Part shown: piece after piece, positions 45,601 to 53,836 of the stretch
Position numbering within the stretch: the stretch's first letter is position 1
How the letters are laid out: every line of letters starts with the position of its first letter
Made by a program: the position numbers and the translations under genes
NCBI GenBank assembly: GCA_046349695.1
Contig: JAXMBV010000036.1
Coordinates: 5,713-69,712 of the forward strand
Source of the DNA: Planctomycetaceae bacterium
Lineage (GTDB): Bacteria > Planctomycetota > Planctomycetia > Planctomycetales > Planctomycetaceae
Length of the DNA: 64,000 nt
Reading direction: 5' to 3'
The notes under the pieces: generated by a model
The model's input: the letters and a program-made list of their open reading frames with translations, nothing else
Databases searched by the model: none
What the model was told of the DNA's origin: nothing

Positions 45601-48600
45601 GCCGCTTCCGTGAGCCGTGACGACGTTGTTAATTGTCAGATCACCAGCATCAACATTCAGCGTGATGTTTCCGTTGTTTGCAGTTGTTTGAAGTCCCACC
45701 GTCGCTGCAACGGGGAACAGCGAGCTGATCGTCCCGACGACGAGACCATTTGCGTCACGGTAGGACACGGAATTGGCCACGCTGCCGGCGATTGTCGTGA
45801 CGTCGTTATTCTGATGGTTCAGAGTGAAGGGGCCGGAACCAAGTAGCAACAGACTCTGCGAGAGAATTTTGTCGTTGGTCGTGGTACCCACAACGGCACC
45901 TGTGGCGTTGCCCTGAGTGATCGCGGCGGCCTGAGCGTCAATGATGGCGGTGCGGTTGTTCGTGTTAAGGCTGGTCAAGTCACAGTCGAGGTCGGTGAAC
46001 TGCGTGTTTCCAAAGACCCTTAGCTGGATGCTCGTATTTGTGTTGACGTCGAGTTGATTGGAATAGACATCCACAATCTCGTCATTGGCAGTCGCCACTT
46101 CATACTGTACTCTTTCGAATCGCTTTCCGGCTGTGCCTATGATAACTGGATTGTTTGCTGTCACCGCTTCGACGTTTGCTGCTTCAATCCGAAGATCGCC
46201 CGGAGCGTCGCCCAAAATCGGTGGGGCAACGGTCAGTCCGCCATCAGCAATGGTCAAAGTGCCACTTAAGACGATCGCGAGGTTCTTAACATTAAAGGCG
46301 CTCCCCGATACATTAAGGTCTGTCGCCTCAAAATAGGCCGTCTGCGCAGTGATCGTCTGAGTGCCGGCAATCGTCCCGCCAACAGCAACCGCACCCCCGG
46401 CGTTCGCTGTGAGATTTCCGGTGAGTGCAACTTCAACCGGGTCAAACACGCCTTTGAATACGTCAGCCGAAGTCGCTCCAACGCTGCCTGTAGTTGCAGT
46501 CAACGTTGCGTTGGTACCACTGATGTTGGTCGCTGCGCCGTTCCCGTCCGTAATGGATCCGTTCGGTGTTTGCACGAGAACATTCCCGGCACCTGAATTG
46601 ACAGATCCGCCAAGTGAGATGTTGTTCCCGGCAAGCAGCGAAATCAACGCGCCGTTTGATGTCATGGTGCCGCCGGTGATCGTCAGATTTGCTCCAGCGT
46701 TGCTTGCATTGAGTGTAATCGTATCGTTTGATGTGGTGATGTCCCCGGCAGTGGTGATACCACCGTTGGCGGTGATAGAGACAGCTCCGTCAGCGTTGAT
46801 GTCCCCTGCGGCAGCGATGTTGGTGGTGCCGGTGTGGTTCAGCGTTACGATGCCGTTTGCTGTGGTGGTGATCGCCTGATTGACGGCGAGGTTTGTTCCG
46901 GTGAGTGTGACCCCGGCTGCAGTGTTGGTGTTTACCGCTCCGTTGAGAGTTGTGGTTCCGGACCCAGCGTCCTGATTGAGAGCGGCCGCCGTGATTGCAA
47001 CAGCAGTGACGTTGTTGGCACTGTTGATGTCGATGACACCGAGTCGGGTAGTTCCGCCGACCGCTCCGTTAAATGCGACACTTCCCGTGCCTGCTGTGAT
47101 GGTCAAATTCTGGTTGCCACTTGTGGTCCCGTTCATCGTGTTTGAGAATGTGACATCTGCGTTACCAGTGGATACCGTGGTGTTACCGGCGAGTGTCGTG
47201 GTACCACCGACAGAGAAGGCGGCATTGGTTGTCGCGTATGTTCCGTTGAGTGTGGCGTTCTCGCCGTAGGACTGGATTCCGGATGTGGTGACATTCTGCA
47301 GGCTGACCGTGCCGCCGGCATTTGTGGTCAGACTGCCCAGTGCCTGAGCTGCTCCGACGGCCGTACTGAAGAGAGTCGCCCCGGTGGAATTGACAGCGAG
47401 CGTGCGATTATTGGCTGCGGCATCGGCATCGACTGCACCGGTGAAAGTGACATTGCCATTGCCTGCGTTGACCGCGATATTCGCGTTTAAGATGGCATCA
47501 CTTGCAAACAGAACATTTCCACCAACGCCATCCGTGTTTCCGGTTCCCTCAACTGCGAAGATCGACGCACGAAGTGTAGTTGATTGCGCTCCGCCGCTCG
47601 TGATACCAATTGAGCCAGCATTTCCACCAGTGAAACCGTTGGAAGTATCATCTCCGCCGTCTGTGCGAATCAGCGCCACCGCGATGGTTCCATTAGCGGT
47701 ATCAATGGTGACCGCCCCGCCGCTGCTGCCGTTCCCTGCAGAATGGTCTGCCCCTTCTGTGATCAAATCGCCATTCAGGTCAACTGTGCCAGCTCCGGAG
47801 ACGTTGATATCAATGAAACCACTCGCGATGCCACTATCTGCCGCAGCGGAGGTTGTTATGTCGCCATTGGCGTCGCTGTCAACCAGCGTGTCTGCGTTGA
47901 AAGTGACCGATCCGCCCTTGGTCAGAATTGCTCGATTGATGTGGATCGTGTCGGCGGAAACCAGCAGGTTGCCGTCGCCAAGGTCGGTATTGTTTGTCTC
48001 AAAGTTGACCGTATTATTGAGACCTGCATCATCGTTAAGTGTCAGGTCAGCACTGAAATTTGGGTCAAGACCCTGAATGGAAATGGTCTTTACATTGCCA
48101 CCGTCATTGATCGTCAGTGAGTTCGTCGGATTGGCAAAATCGGTCAGCTCAAAGCTGCTTCCATCGATTCTTGAAACGGAGGCATTGACACCATCATCGC
48201 TCAGGACAACATTTGCATCCGCGGCATTTGGAAGATTGATCACAAGGTCAGCGGCAGTGCCACTGAGTGTTAGCGGCTCGATCTCATCAAACGCAACAGT
48301 ACCAATGCCGCTGAGTACGACGGACCCAGTCTCAGTTCCCGTGTGATTCACCGTTACGTCGGCCGTCTGGGAATTCGCATCCGGATCGGAAATTGTGTAC
48401 CCCGTGATCACCAGCGAGTCGTTATCGCCGGCTCCTTCACCGCCAACGAAAGAAATTCCCCCAGTGGGAATGAAGTCAAGCTGGTCAAGATTCAGGATGA
48501 GATGGTCCGACGCTGCATCTGATCCACGAATCTCAAGAATATTGGAGCCATTCAGCAATGGGCCACCATCCTGAAGCAGAGTGGCATCCATGGTCAATGT

Positions 48601-48900
48601 GTTGCCGGCGATCGTATATTTGGATGGATCGACACCAGCATCCACGGATGTCCATGTACCAGCGCTGAGTTCCAGGCTGACCGCCTGCACGGCGCCAGAA
48701 CCGAAGTCCACATTTCCGCCGTTCTTGATCGTCAGTGTTTCTGCACCCGAAAGATCAATTCCGGTCGCCGCGACGGAAGCGTTGAAGACGCGTCGGTCTT
48801 CAAGCTGCATAAAGCGCACAGGTCGAGTTGCCAACTGAGGTCTTGCAAAGAAGCGGGAGAAGACTCGCCGAATGAACTGGAAAATCAATTTTGTGATCAT
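39622..48900 (-). CDS. giant (3092 aa) beta-helix/adhesin-like surface protein with internal 266-aa tandem repeats
   Basis: ATG start. The N-terminus contains 'RFMQLEDRRVFNASVA'. Most of the protein is low-complexity, T/G/N/A/S-rich beta-helix-like repeats ('GNITLNVDAGDLTINN', 'GGSVTFNADTLV'). There are 5 copies of a 266-aa unit, the last partial. The C-terminal ~600 aa are non-repetitive, with a Pro-rich linker. Confidence 0.9.
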   Translation of the reverse strand: MITKLIFQFIRRVFSRFFARPQLATRPVRFMQLEDRRVFNASVAATGIDLSGAETLTIKNGGNVDFGSGAVQAVSLELSAGTWTSVDAGVDPSKYTIAGNTLTMDATLLQDGGPLLNGSNILEIRGSDAASDHLILNLDQLDFIPTGGISFVGGEGAGDNDSLVITGYTISDPDANSQTADVTVNHTGTETGSVVLSGIGTVAFDEIEPLTLSGTAADLVINLPNAADANVVLSDDGVNASVSRIDGSSFELTDFANPTNSLTINDGGNVKTISIQGLDPNFSADLTLNDDAGLNNTVNFETNNTDLGDGNLLVSADTIHINRAILTKGGSVTFNADTLVDSDANGDITTSAAADSGIASGFIDINVSGAGTVDLNGDLITEGADHSAGNGSSGGAVTIDTANGTIAVALIRTDGGDDTSNGFTGGNAGSIGITSGGAQSTTLRASIFAVEGTGNTDGVGGNVLFASDAILNANIAVNAGNGNVTFTGAVDADAAANNRTLAVNSTGATLFSTAVGAAQALGSLTTNAGGTVSLQNVTTSGIQSYGENATLNGTYATTNAAFSVGGTTTLAGNTTVSTGNADVTFSNTMNGTTSGNQNLTITAGTGSVAFNGAVGGTTRLGVIDINSANNVTAVAITAAALNQDAGSGTTTLNGAVNTNTAAGVTLTGTNLAVNQAITTTANGIVTLNHTGTTNIAAAGDINADGAVSITANGGITTAGDITTSNDTITLNASNAGANLTITGGTMTSNGALISLLAGNNISLGGSVNSGAGNVLVQTPNGSITDGNGAATNISGTNATLTATTGSVGATSADVFKGVFDPVEVALTGNLTANAGGAVAVGGTIAGTQTITAQTAYFEATDLNVSGSAFNVKNLAIVLSGTLTIADGGLTVAPPILGDAPGDLRIEAANVEAVTANNPVIIGTAGKRFERVQYEVATANDEIVDVYSNQLDVNTNTSIQLRVFGNTQFTDLDCDLTSLNTNNRTAIIDAQAAAITQGNATGAVVGTTTNDKILSQSLLLLGSGPFTLNHQNNDVTTIAGSVANSVSYRDANGLVVGTISSLFPVAATVGLQTTANNGNITLNVDAGDLTINNVVTAHGSGNVTLSAAGNVAIGALVSSTSGNIAVTADSDASTAGAITDTLAGETANLSTTGTATLSAATGIGSADDIDTTIGSLVATNTTSGNINIQESNGLTIAGTGVRTLAGNGNISIDVDAGNLIVDPAAQTTSSAPAVAGANQIQVNSTVGMVVGQTIVISDADSNQETFTITAIAGNLVTLSANLATNMATNADVVTGGVLAHGSGNILLNTDAGSATLNAPVRSTTGNITVSADAVNQNSSISTGGAGAISVTADTTAITMADRTVSSATNGIITYTALTNVALSQLSNTSDINVTATNGAISDNTALELSNLVTPAGRATLTAATGIGSAGGVADIDTTIGSLVATNTTSGNINIQETNGLTITGSGVQTQNGNGNISIDVDAGNLIVDPAAQTTSSAPAVAGANQIQVNSTVGMAVGQTIVISDADSNQETFTITAIAGNLVTLSANLATNMATNADVVTGGVLAHGSGNILLNTDAGSATLNAPVRSTTGNITVSADAVNQNSSISTGGAGAISVTADTTAITMADRTVSSATNGIITYTALTNVALSQLSNTSDINVTATNGAISDNTALELSNLVTPAGRATLTAATGIGSAGGVADIDTTIGSLVATNTTSGNINIQETNGLTITGSGVQTQNGNGNISIDVDAGNLIVDPAAQTTSSAPAVAGANQIQVNSTVGMAVGQTIVISDADSNQETFTITAIAGNLVTLSANLATNMATNADVVTGGVLAHGSGNILLNTDAGSATLNAPVRSTTGNITVSADAVNQNSSISTGGAGAISVTADTTAITMADRTVSSATNGIITYTALTNVALSQLSNTSDINVTATNGAISDNTALELSNLVTPAGRATLTAATGIGSAGGVADIDTTIGSLVATNTTSGNINIQETNGLTITGSGVQTQNGNGNISIDVDAGNLIVDPAAQTTSSAPAVAGANQIQVNSTVGMAVGQTIVISDADSNQETFTITAIAGNLVTLSANLATNMATNADVVTGGVLAHGSGNILLNTDAGSATLNAPVRSTTGNITVSADAVNQNSSISTGGAGAISVTADTTAITMADRTVSSATNGIITYTALTNVALSQLSNTSDINVTATNGAISDNTALELSNLVTPAGRATLTAATGIGSAGGVADIDTTIGSLVATNTTSGNINIQETNGLTITGSGVQTQNGNGNISIDVDAGNLIVDPAAQTTSSAPAVAGANQIQVNSTVGMAVGQTIVISDADSNQETFTITAIAGNLVTLSANLATNMATNADVVTGGVLAHGSGNILLNTDAGSATLNAPVRSTTGNITVSADAVNQNSSISTGGGAHDSLAAIAAQNATTITLQNSLGFEPGQQVRIGNAIDSDVLTIVSMAGNTLTLSGGLSNLNAQGTEVTVVSELSVIQVTADNGAIVMKTNASTTSKGSISYTTTSATSGDITLEKLSTSGKLIQISAARDVVIGNASSGTLEATTGTTTGVETITITAGRNIRISSGSSISTDGDPTPGQSESSSNDHLTLLAKGEDATNALGTVTFDGVVTIRTDGGVATTFERRPDPNGGADPRAFFNYPANPIAAVVTTNSSNTYTATFDIVIRTPGEENLRLDIDWRDINADGGSVRVESITVQPGMQSVSHEYSFNDLNAFIQSGQNSFLVDFSVSHHNSIQVLGDTIEQGAFSTAVGVGAVTGLAFNSGLLSSTDNSSTGTEGPITGATVVNRTAAVLLDLTLSNTDFYFEGGTVRVTIPTLALAPLPRPEPPQPPTYAPQVAPTIVAPTISALTVSQPESVFVEVVATPSVDIYQLRFAGSTEPIKKFENIPDGANLLHPELLRQWILDNKLNEGSTLELWQITTKEDAEGNKITVERPLLQFDNDPVNSRPFPANESALPEVIPELKLVPMDPNEATGEQAPTDGSSTTAPDSNPTSQIDQDQTPAIPAEGQLTPNRSPVEVSETPALADPQNSLEPEQQIVASSLMLGMMVSQAIRKGDGKSHRRVSSRLSSLVSKSLKNNSDSK
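41679..45288 (-). repeat. ~4.5 tandem copies of a 798-bp (266-codon, in-frame) unit inside the giant adhesin gene
   Basis: Unit boundaries are 41679, 42477, 43275, 44073 and 44871. The ORF-track translations of all frames are identical at +798 offsets (e.g. 42610, 43408, 44206). The three central copies look identical by eye. The copy at 44871+ shows the first mismatches near 45150 and degrades to about 80% identity after 45288. Confidence 0.95.
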
Positions 48901-49362
48901 TTGTCCATTTTCCTTGGGCCGTTGGCAGCATCCCTGGACGACGCGGAGAGATCGTGCTGGACGGAATCTCTAACAAAATCGGTTCGGATCGCGGGGGTAG
49001 ATCAACAGAAAGAGCCGCACGAGAGAATAACCGCGTTGATCACCCATGGGGATGTAAAACTCTTTCGATTTTTCCGTTTTGGTAGTCTCGGTAGAAAGGT
49101 CCGGGCGTCCACTCAGGACGCAATTGCCGTCCGAATCAAACAGCGAAATCCCTGCAACCTGACCGATCGTAACTGTCGAAACCTCTGAGGTGGGTATCTG
49201 TTTGGTCACAACCTTTCTGGATTCGATTGCAGTGTGACCGATCCACGCTTTGATTAAGCATTTGGCGACTGAGGGTCTTGTTCTCATCCCAGTTCAATTT
49301 GGGATAAGCGGAACTCTGTCAACAATTGGAAGCGAGAAGTCTGCAGGGAGGTATGCCTCGTG

Positions 49363-50466
49363 ATGTTCAAAAAGAACTCTCTTCTCATCCTTTGTCTTTC
49401 TTCACTTGCAGCTCCATCATTCGGTGGTGACTTGCTTCAGAAGAGTGGTGCGGAGGGGCAAAAGCCGAAGACTTCTGAGGCTTTTCGTGAAGACTGCGCA
49501 GTGGTTCCGGTGAGTTGGCTGGTTCCAGAAACTCGCCAGAAACTCGAAGGCAAACCTTCGACTGCGGGCGTGGAGTTTTCCGCTTTTGATATTTCGGTGC
49601 TTTCGATCACCAATTATGCGCCGGAGGCCACTGCTCAGCCGTCTGCAGTTGTTTCACGTGAAGTGCTGGATGAGCTTGAAGGGCTGCTGAAAGACACGAA
49701 GCGGGGAATCGCCACGAAATCTCAGCTGGACACCGCCGCAGACAAATCAGAACAAGTCGCGGATGCCGGGCAGGATTATCTTCAGGAACTGGGGGAATTG
49801 GGGAAAGCGGATAGTTCGTGGATCTTGTTGAACAGGCAATATGCAGAGAATGCAAAGTCCGAAGTTGCAAAAGCCGAGCCCTCTTACTTAAGCGAACTTC
49901 GTCAACTCGACAGCCGTATTCACCTCTTGCGACCTCTGGTCGAAAAAAGAGTCCACCATACGGCGCATGTGTCTGCCGGGCGAGAGGCAGGCATCGGCGA
50001 AGAGCGGTCTCTGGCGGCGCTTTTTCCGTCAGTCCGTGAACTGGCAATTGGAACTTCTTCGAAGGCAATTCGACTTCCAGCCGACTCTGGTCACGGAATC
50101 GACTACTTAAGCGGCCCTTCACCCAGCTATTACTACACACCGGTGCGGTATTCCGTTTCGCGACCGAATCGAATGCTCTACCCATTTCGAAATAACCCGC
50201 TGTATTTTGAAGATCCGAATCTTGAGCGTTGTGGAATCTCCAGGGGATGTCTGACCGAAGTTTCTTCAGCCGGACTCTTCATGTTCAATACTGTGATTCT
50301 TCCTTATCGAGTGGCGGCTCAGCCTCCATGCGAATGTGTGCCATCTCTTGGTGACTGTCCCACCTGCAACGAATTTGATTCGACTGCTGCACTGCCGCCT
50401 TGGTCATGGCGGGGTGTGGTTGCTGAGGCGGGTGTGATTACAGGGCTGGTCTTCATCATTCCGTAG
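49363..50466 (+). CDS. secreted hypothetical protein
   Basis: ATG 49363 lies 12 nt after gggagg. The signal peptide is MFKKNSLLILCLSSLAAPSFG. There is a Cys cluster near the C-terminus (CECVPSLGDCPTCNEF) and a hydrophobic C-terminal tail. No family was recognised. Confidence 0.6.
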   Translation: MFKKNSLLILCLSSLAAPSFGGDLLQKSGAEGQKPKTSEAFREDCAVVPVSWLVPETRQKLEGKPSTAGVEFSAFDISVLSITNYAPEATAQPSAVVSREVLDELEGLLKDTKRGIATKSQLDTAADKSEQVADAGQDYLQELGELGKADSSWILLNRQYAENAKSEVAKAEPSYLSELRQLDSRIHLLRPLVEKRVHHTAHVSAGREAGIGEERSLAALFPSVRELAIGTSSKAIRLPADSGHGIDYLSGPSPSYYYTPVRYSVSRPNRMLYPFRNNPLYFEDPNLERCGISRGCLTEVSSAGLFMFNTVILPYRVAAQPPCECVPSLGDCPTCNEFDSTAALPPWSWRGVVAEAGVITGLVFIIP

Positions 50467-52659
50467 TCACGTGCGGAAGGCAAACGCATGGCTGAGAAAC
50501 CGCCATGCCCAGCCCACGAGTGATCGCGGGCGAGAATCAAGGCGAACAGCCCCGGCTGAATAGAGCACATGTTGTGCTGCCGGGGGCTGCAGTTTGATGG
50601 TCGCCCGAAAGCTTGTTTCAGCCGGCTGCATGGCGTTACCTGGGGCCGTGGGAATCAGTCGGTGAATCAGCAGTTCGCGGTCGAGTGATTCAATTTTTTC
50701 TCCGCTGATATCCTCAAGCTGGCCCTGAATGGGATTGTCGGGACTCGACAACAGTCGCACTGTGGCCGATGTTCCTTTTTCCAGCAGCTCAAGAGACGCT
50801 TCTTCGACCACCGCGGAAACACGGACGTCTTGTTCTGAACCGATCCAGCAGAGAAGTGTTTGCTGCTCTATCCATGCACCCTGATTCCGTTTGTCCAGCG
50901 GACAGTGCGACCACTGCTGTGGTGAATCGGGGCCCTGAGTCTCTGGTGGACGATTCCTGGGCATCCAGACAATACCATCCCGAGGACTGCGAATCTCAAG
51001 GCCAGCCGACAGCTCTTTCAAAGTTTCAAGTCTTGATCTGGCTGAGACAATAGACTGTTCTGCTGCGGTGATTGCTCCAGCCGCTGAGGAGTCTCTCAGG
51101 CGAAGCAGCTCAAGGTTCGAAAGCTGGACCTTCTTCAAAGAGATTTCACCCTCCAGTTCCTCGATCTGAAACGCCAGTTCGTCATTTCTGAGTCTTGCAA
51201 TCAGGTCGCCGGCTTTGACTCTTTCACCACTCGAAATGGCGTTGACAATAGAACCACTCACAGTCACAAAGACTGGTGTTGAGTTCCCGGGAGTGATCAC
51301 ACAGGGCGCTTTGACCGGAAGAGAGATTGGTGTCAGGCACAGAAAACCCATAATTGTGGCTATGAGAATCAGCCGCAGGCTGACTTTGCGATGTGACATG
51401 GCCGCATTGTACGCGGACTTAACTTCGGTGCGAAACATAGAGACGATGCCCCAGATCAGTGATATGGCAGGCAGAGCAGCAAAGAACTGCAGTCCCCACG
51501 GCTTTAGTGCAACATAAATGAACACAACAAGTGCCAGTGTGACGCTGAGACGATACGTTCCGCACGCTATCCCCCAAATTGCCAGCGCGGAGTCAGCAGC
51601 CGGGCTGCGGAAAGACACTGGTGGAGTTGACCCCAGGGCCAGCCATCGAAACATCCTGCCGGCAGACTGGCGGCCCTCTGATGCCAGATTTGGAATTCCA
51701 ATGAGGTCGGAGAGCACGTAGTAACCGTCGTAACGAAGCAGTGGATTACCGTTGACGAGCAGCGTGTTCATTGAACACAGCAGCATGACATTCAGGAAGT
51801 AGCTGTGCAGTAATCCCGGGTTGCTGAAAATCCAGAGAATTCCACAAACAACGGCGACCGCCATTTCGACAAAGATGCCGGCGAATGCGATTGTCATGCG
51901 ATGGCTGCGAGTGCTCATTGTCCACGAGTCGGTCACATCGCAATAGGGGATGGGAAATACAAGAACCCAAAGTACACCCAGTTCGTGGCATTCTCCTCCA
52001 AAATGGTAACAGGCCAGCGCATGTCCCAGTTCGTGCAGTATCTTCACAAGGGTTGCGGTCAGCGTGACATAGATTACATTCTGGAATGTCAGCAAACTGC
52101 TGATTGCCGGTAATTCAGTAATAAGCTGCTGCCATTTTCCAGACAGAAGCAGAGTTGTGAGACCGGCCGCTGCGACAATGATCATCAGTGATAATGAACT
52201 AAAGATCCATTTTAGCCGTGGGTGCAGGATCTTAAGAACGGGGGTCGGGTCGATACCCCTCCAGCGAAAACTCAGCCGCAACGGCAGCATGAGCCAGGCG
52301 GGGAGTGAAGAGGAATTCATGTTCTGGTTAGCGAGGATCTTTCCGTAGCCAGGCGCGGTTGCTGCCATGACGCCGGCATGAATGGCCATCTGCAGAAGCC
52401 TGAGCAGAGTGCTGCGAGAACAGTCTGCTCCGGGAAAATCCAAGGCGAGCTGACAGGAAAGCTCCTCTATGGTCCGCTGACCGTTGCAGAGCTTCAGGAA
52501 AGCGAGTCCCTCGGTGGACACGAAGAAGTATGTGAGTCTTATTGGATCCTTGATAATCCAGTCGTGATCTGTTTTGTCCCTGTCGCGAACGTACAGCAAG
52601 TCAGACCTCAGCCGCCACCTGAGCGGAGTGCTGGTGCTGCCTTGTTTCGCAGTGTTCAT
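50467..52659 (-). CDS. M50 (site-2-protease-like) intramembrane metalloprotease fused to a HlyD-type periplasmic adaptor domain
   Basis: ATG start. An N-terminal PqqD-like module has 'LAFLKLCNGQRTIEELSCQLALDF'. The region is multi-TM and carries HELGHALACYH (HExxH) and 'NGNPLLRYDGYYVLSD' (NxxPxxxxDG). The C-terminal 'GDLIARLRNDELAFQIEELEGEISLKKVQLSNLELLR' is a lipoyl/coiled-coil adaptor pattern. Confidence 0.8.
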   Translation of the reverse strand: MNTAKQGSTSTPLRWRLRSDLLYVRDRDKTDHDWIIKDPIRLTYFFVSTEGLAFLKLCNGQRTIEELSCQLALDFPGADCSRSTLLRLLQMAIHAGVMAATAPGYGKILANQNMNSSSLPAWLMLPLRLSFRWRGIDPTPVLKILHPRLKWIFSSLSLMIIVAAAGLTTLLLSGKWQQLITELPAISSLLTFQNVIYVTLTATLVKILHELGHALACYHFGGECHELGVLWVLVFPIPYCDVTDSWTMSTRSHRMTIAFAGIFVEMAVAVVCGILWIFSNPGLLHSYFLNVMLLCSMNTLLVNGNPLLRYDGYYVLSDLIGIPNLASEGRQSAGRMFRWLALGSTPPVSFRSPAADSALAIWGIACGTYRLSVTLALVVFIYVALKPWGLQFFAALPAISLIWGIVSMFRTEVKSAYNAAMSHRKVSLRLILIATIMGFLCLTPISLPVKAPCVITPGNSTPVFVTVSGSIVNAISSGERVKAGDLIARLRNDELAFQIEELEGEISLKKVQLSNLELLRLRDSSAAGAITAAEQSIVSARSRLETLKELSAGLEIRSPRDGIVWMPRNRPPETQGPDSPQQWSHCPLDKRNQGAWIEQQTLLCWIGSEQDVRVSAVVEEASLELLEKGTSATVRLLSSPDNPIQGQLEDISGEKIESLDRELLIHRLIPTAPGNAMQPAETSFRATIKLQPPAAQHVLYSAGAVRLDSRPRSLVGWAWRFLSHAFAFRT

Positions 52660-52679
52660 CGCGGCTCCGAAATTCTCTG

Positions 52680-53804
52680 CTATCTGTTGGTTTGCGACTG
52701 TGAGATCGCAGGGCTTGTGTCGATCCAGAGCTGGACTCTCAATCCTGGACGAAGCCTAAGCTCGGTGTTGGGGATCTCTGCGCGGACAAGCACCTGCCTG
52801 TTGGAATCTACTTCAGGGCTGATGAAAGTCAGTGTTCCCACGACCTCGCGAGTTTCGCCCCCAGTTACGGCAATGAGCGGGGCCTTTTGTCCCGGTTTCA
52901 GCAGGTGAGCCTCTTCTGCGTCGACAAAACCCTCCGCGTGAAGTTGTTTCAGTCCAACGATTCGAAGGACCGCTTCGCCTGCTTCTGACCATTCGCCAAG
53001 ATGTTTCTTTTCCTCAACGATGATTCCGTCAAACGGTGCCTTGAGCCGCCGTTTCTCCAGTTTCGCGGCAGCAAGCTCGACCAACTTTTCAAGGCTTTGA
53101 AGCTCCAGTTTCTCGAGTTCGCGGAGCGTCTTTTCTTCGGCCAGCTGATTCTCAAGGCGAGACACCGCAGCCTGTTGTTGTGACACGAGTGCTGCCTTGC
53201 TTTTTGCTCGCATGCCCGCAAGGTCATGTTCAACAATGGCACGTTGAGTGGAGATCTGTTTTTTCGCAAAATCGTTCTGAACCTTCTCCCACTCTTCCTC
53301 TGAGACACTCAGGCGTGAGAGTTGCCGACTGGAACGGTCCCTTTCAAGCGTACCGTTGGCGAGTTCTTCTTCTTTTCTTGCCAGTTGGATGCCCGAATCA
53401 TCCTGGGCTGAACGTGCAGCGATCGAAGCTTCTTCCATAGCCTGAGCCAGAAGGAACCTGGCTTCATCCAGCGAAGCCTGAGCCGTTTCCACAGCACGGC
53501 TTCCTCTGGATTTGGCTTCAGCAATTTTCAGATCCAGTATTGCGGCTTCATGTGCCAGCTTTGCTTCCTGGTCGTCGAGAGATCCCAGCTCCTGACCAGC
53601 CGTCACCATTGTGCCTGCCGACACTGCCAATCGTATCAGGTGTCCCCTTTCGAGAGCTGGAATCTGCGCCTGATCTTTGATCGCGAGGAAAGGTGTTTTC
53701 ACATCAATTTTCTGGCTTCGCGTTTCCTGCTGGGCGATGCCAATGTTGCACGACACCAATACTATGGTGACAGCAACTCGGTGCATCAGAAGGCTGATTC
53801 TCAT
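52680..53804 (-). CDS. HlyD-family periplasmic adaptor protein
   Basis: Signal/anchor MRISLLMHRVAVTIVLVSCNIGIAQ. A lipoyl-like motif 'GTMVTAGQELGSLDDQEAKLAHE' is followed by a long coiled coil and a beta-barrel end ('LRPGLRVQLWI'). The gene ends 20 nt upstream of the M50 fusion gene. Confidence 0.8.
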   Translation of the reverse strand: MRISLLMHRVAVTIVLVSCNIGIAQQETRSQKIDVKTPFLAIKDQAQIPALERGHLIRLAVSAGTMVTAGQELGSLDDQEAKLAHEAAILDLKIAEAKSRGSRAVETAQASLDEARFLLAQAMEEASIAARSAQDDSGIQLARKEEELANGTLERDRSSRQLSRLSVSEEEWEKVQNDFAKKQISTQRAIVEHDLAGMRAKSKAALVSQQQAAVSRLENQLAEEKTLRELEKLELQSLEKLVELAAAKLEKRRLKAPFDGIIVEEKKHLGEWSEAGEAVLRIVGLKQLHAEGFVDAEEAHLLKPGQKAPLIAVTGGETREVVGTLTFISPEVDSNRQVLVRAEIPNTELRLRPGLRVQLWIDTSPAISQSQTNR

Positions 53805-53836
53805 ATGCCAGTTTCTCCAGTGTCAATGAGCCGCAG

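Noticed and set aside
41620-45613. Series of repeated 69-221-aa ORFs on both strands (e.g. 42610..43083, 43408..43881, 42681..43019).
   Set aside because: They recur exactly every 798 bp because they are off-frame or antisense readings of the tandem repeat inside the giant adhesin CDS. They are not independent genes.
48970-49287. 105-aa minus ORF just upstream of the giant adhesin gene.
   Set aside because: There is no RBS, no recognisable motif and no signal peptide. It lies in the probable promoter/5' UTR region of the adhesin. It could be a small gene but I cannot support it.
50464-50469. Stop codons of the convergent genes 49363..50466 (+) and 50467..52659 (-) abut with zero spacer (TAG|TCA).
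   Set aside because: The observation is real. However, it is most simply a compact convergent junction with no room for terminators, and I see no further structure, so it is not developed as a finding.
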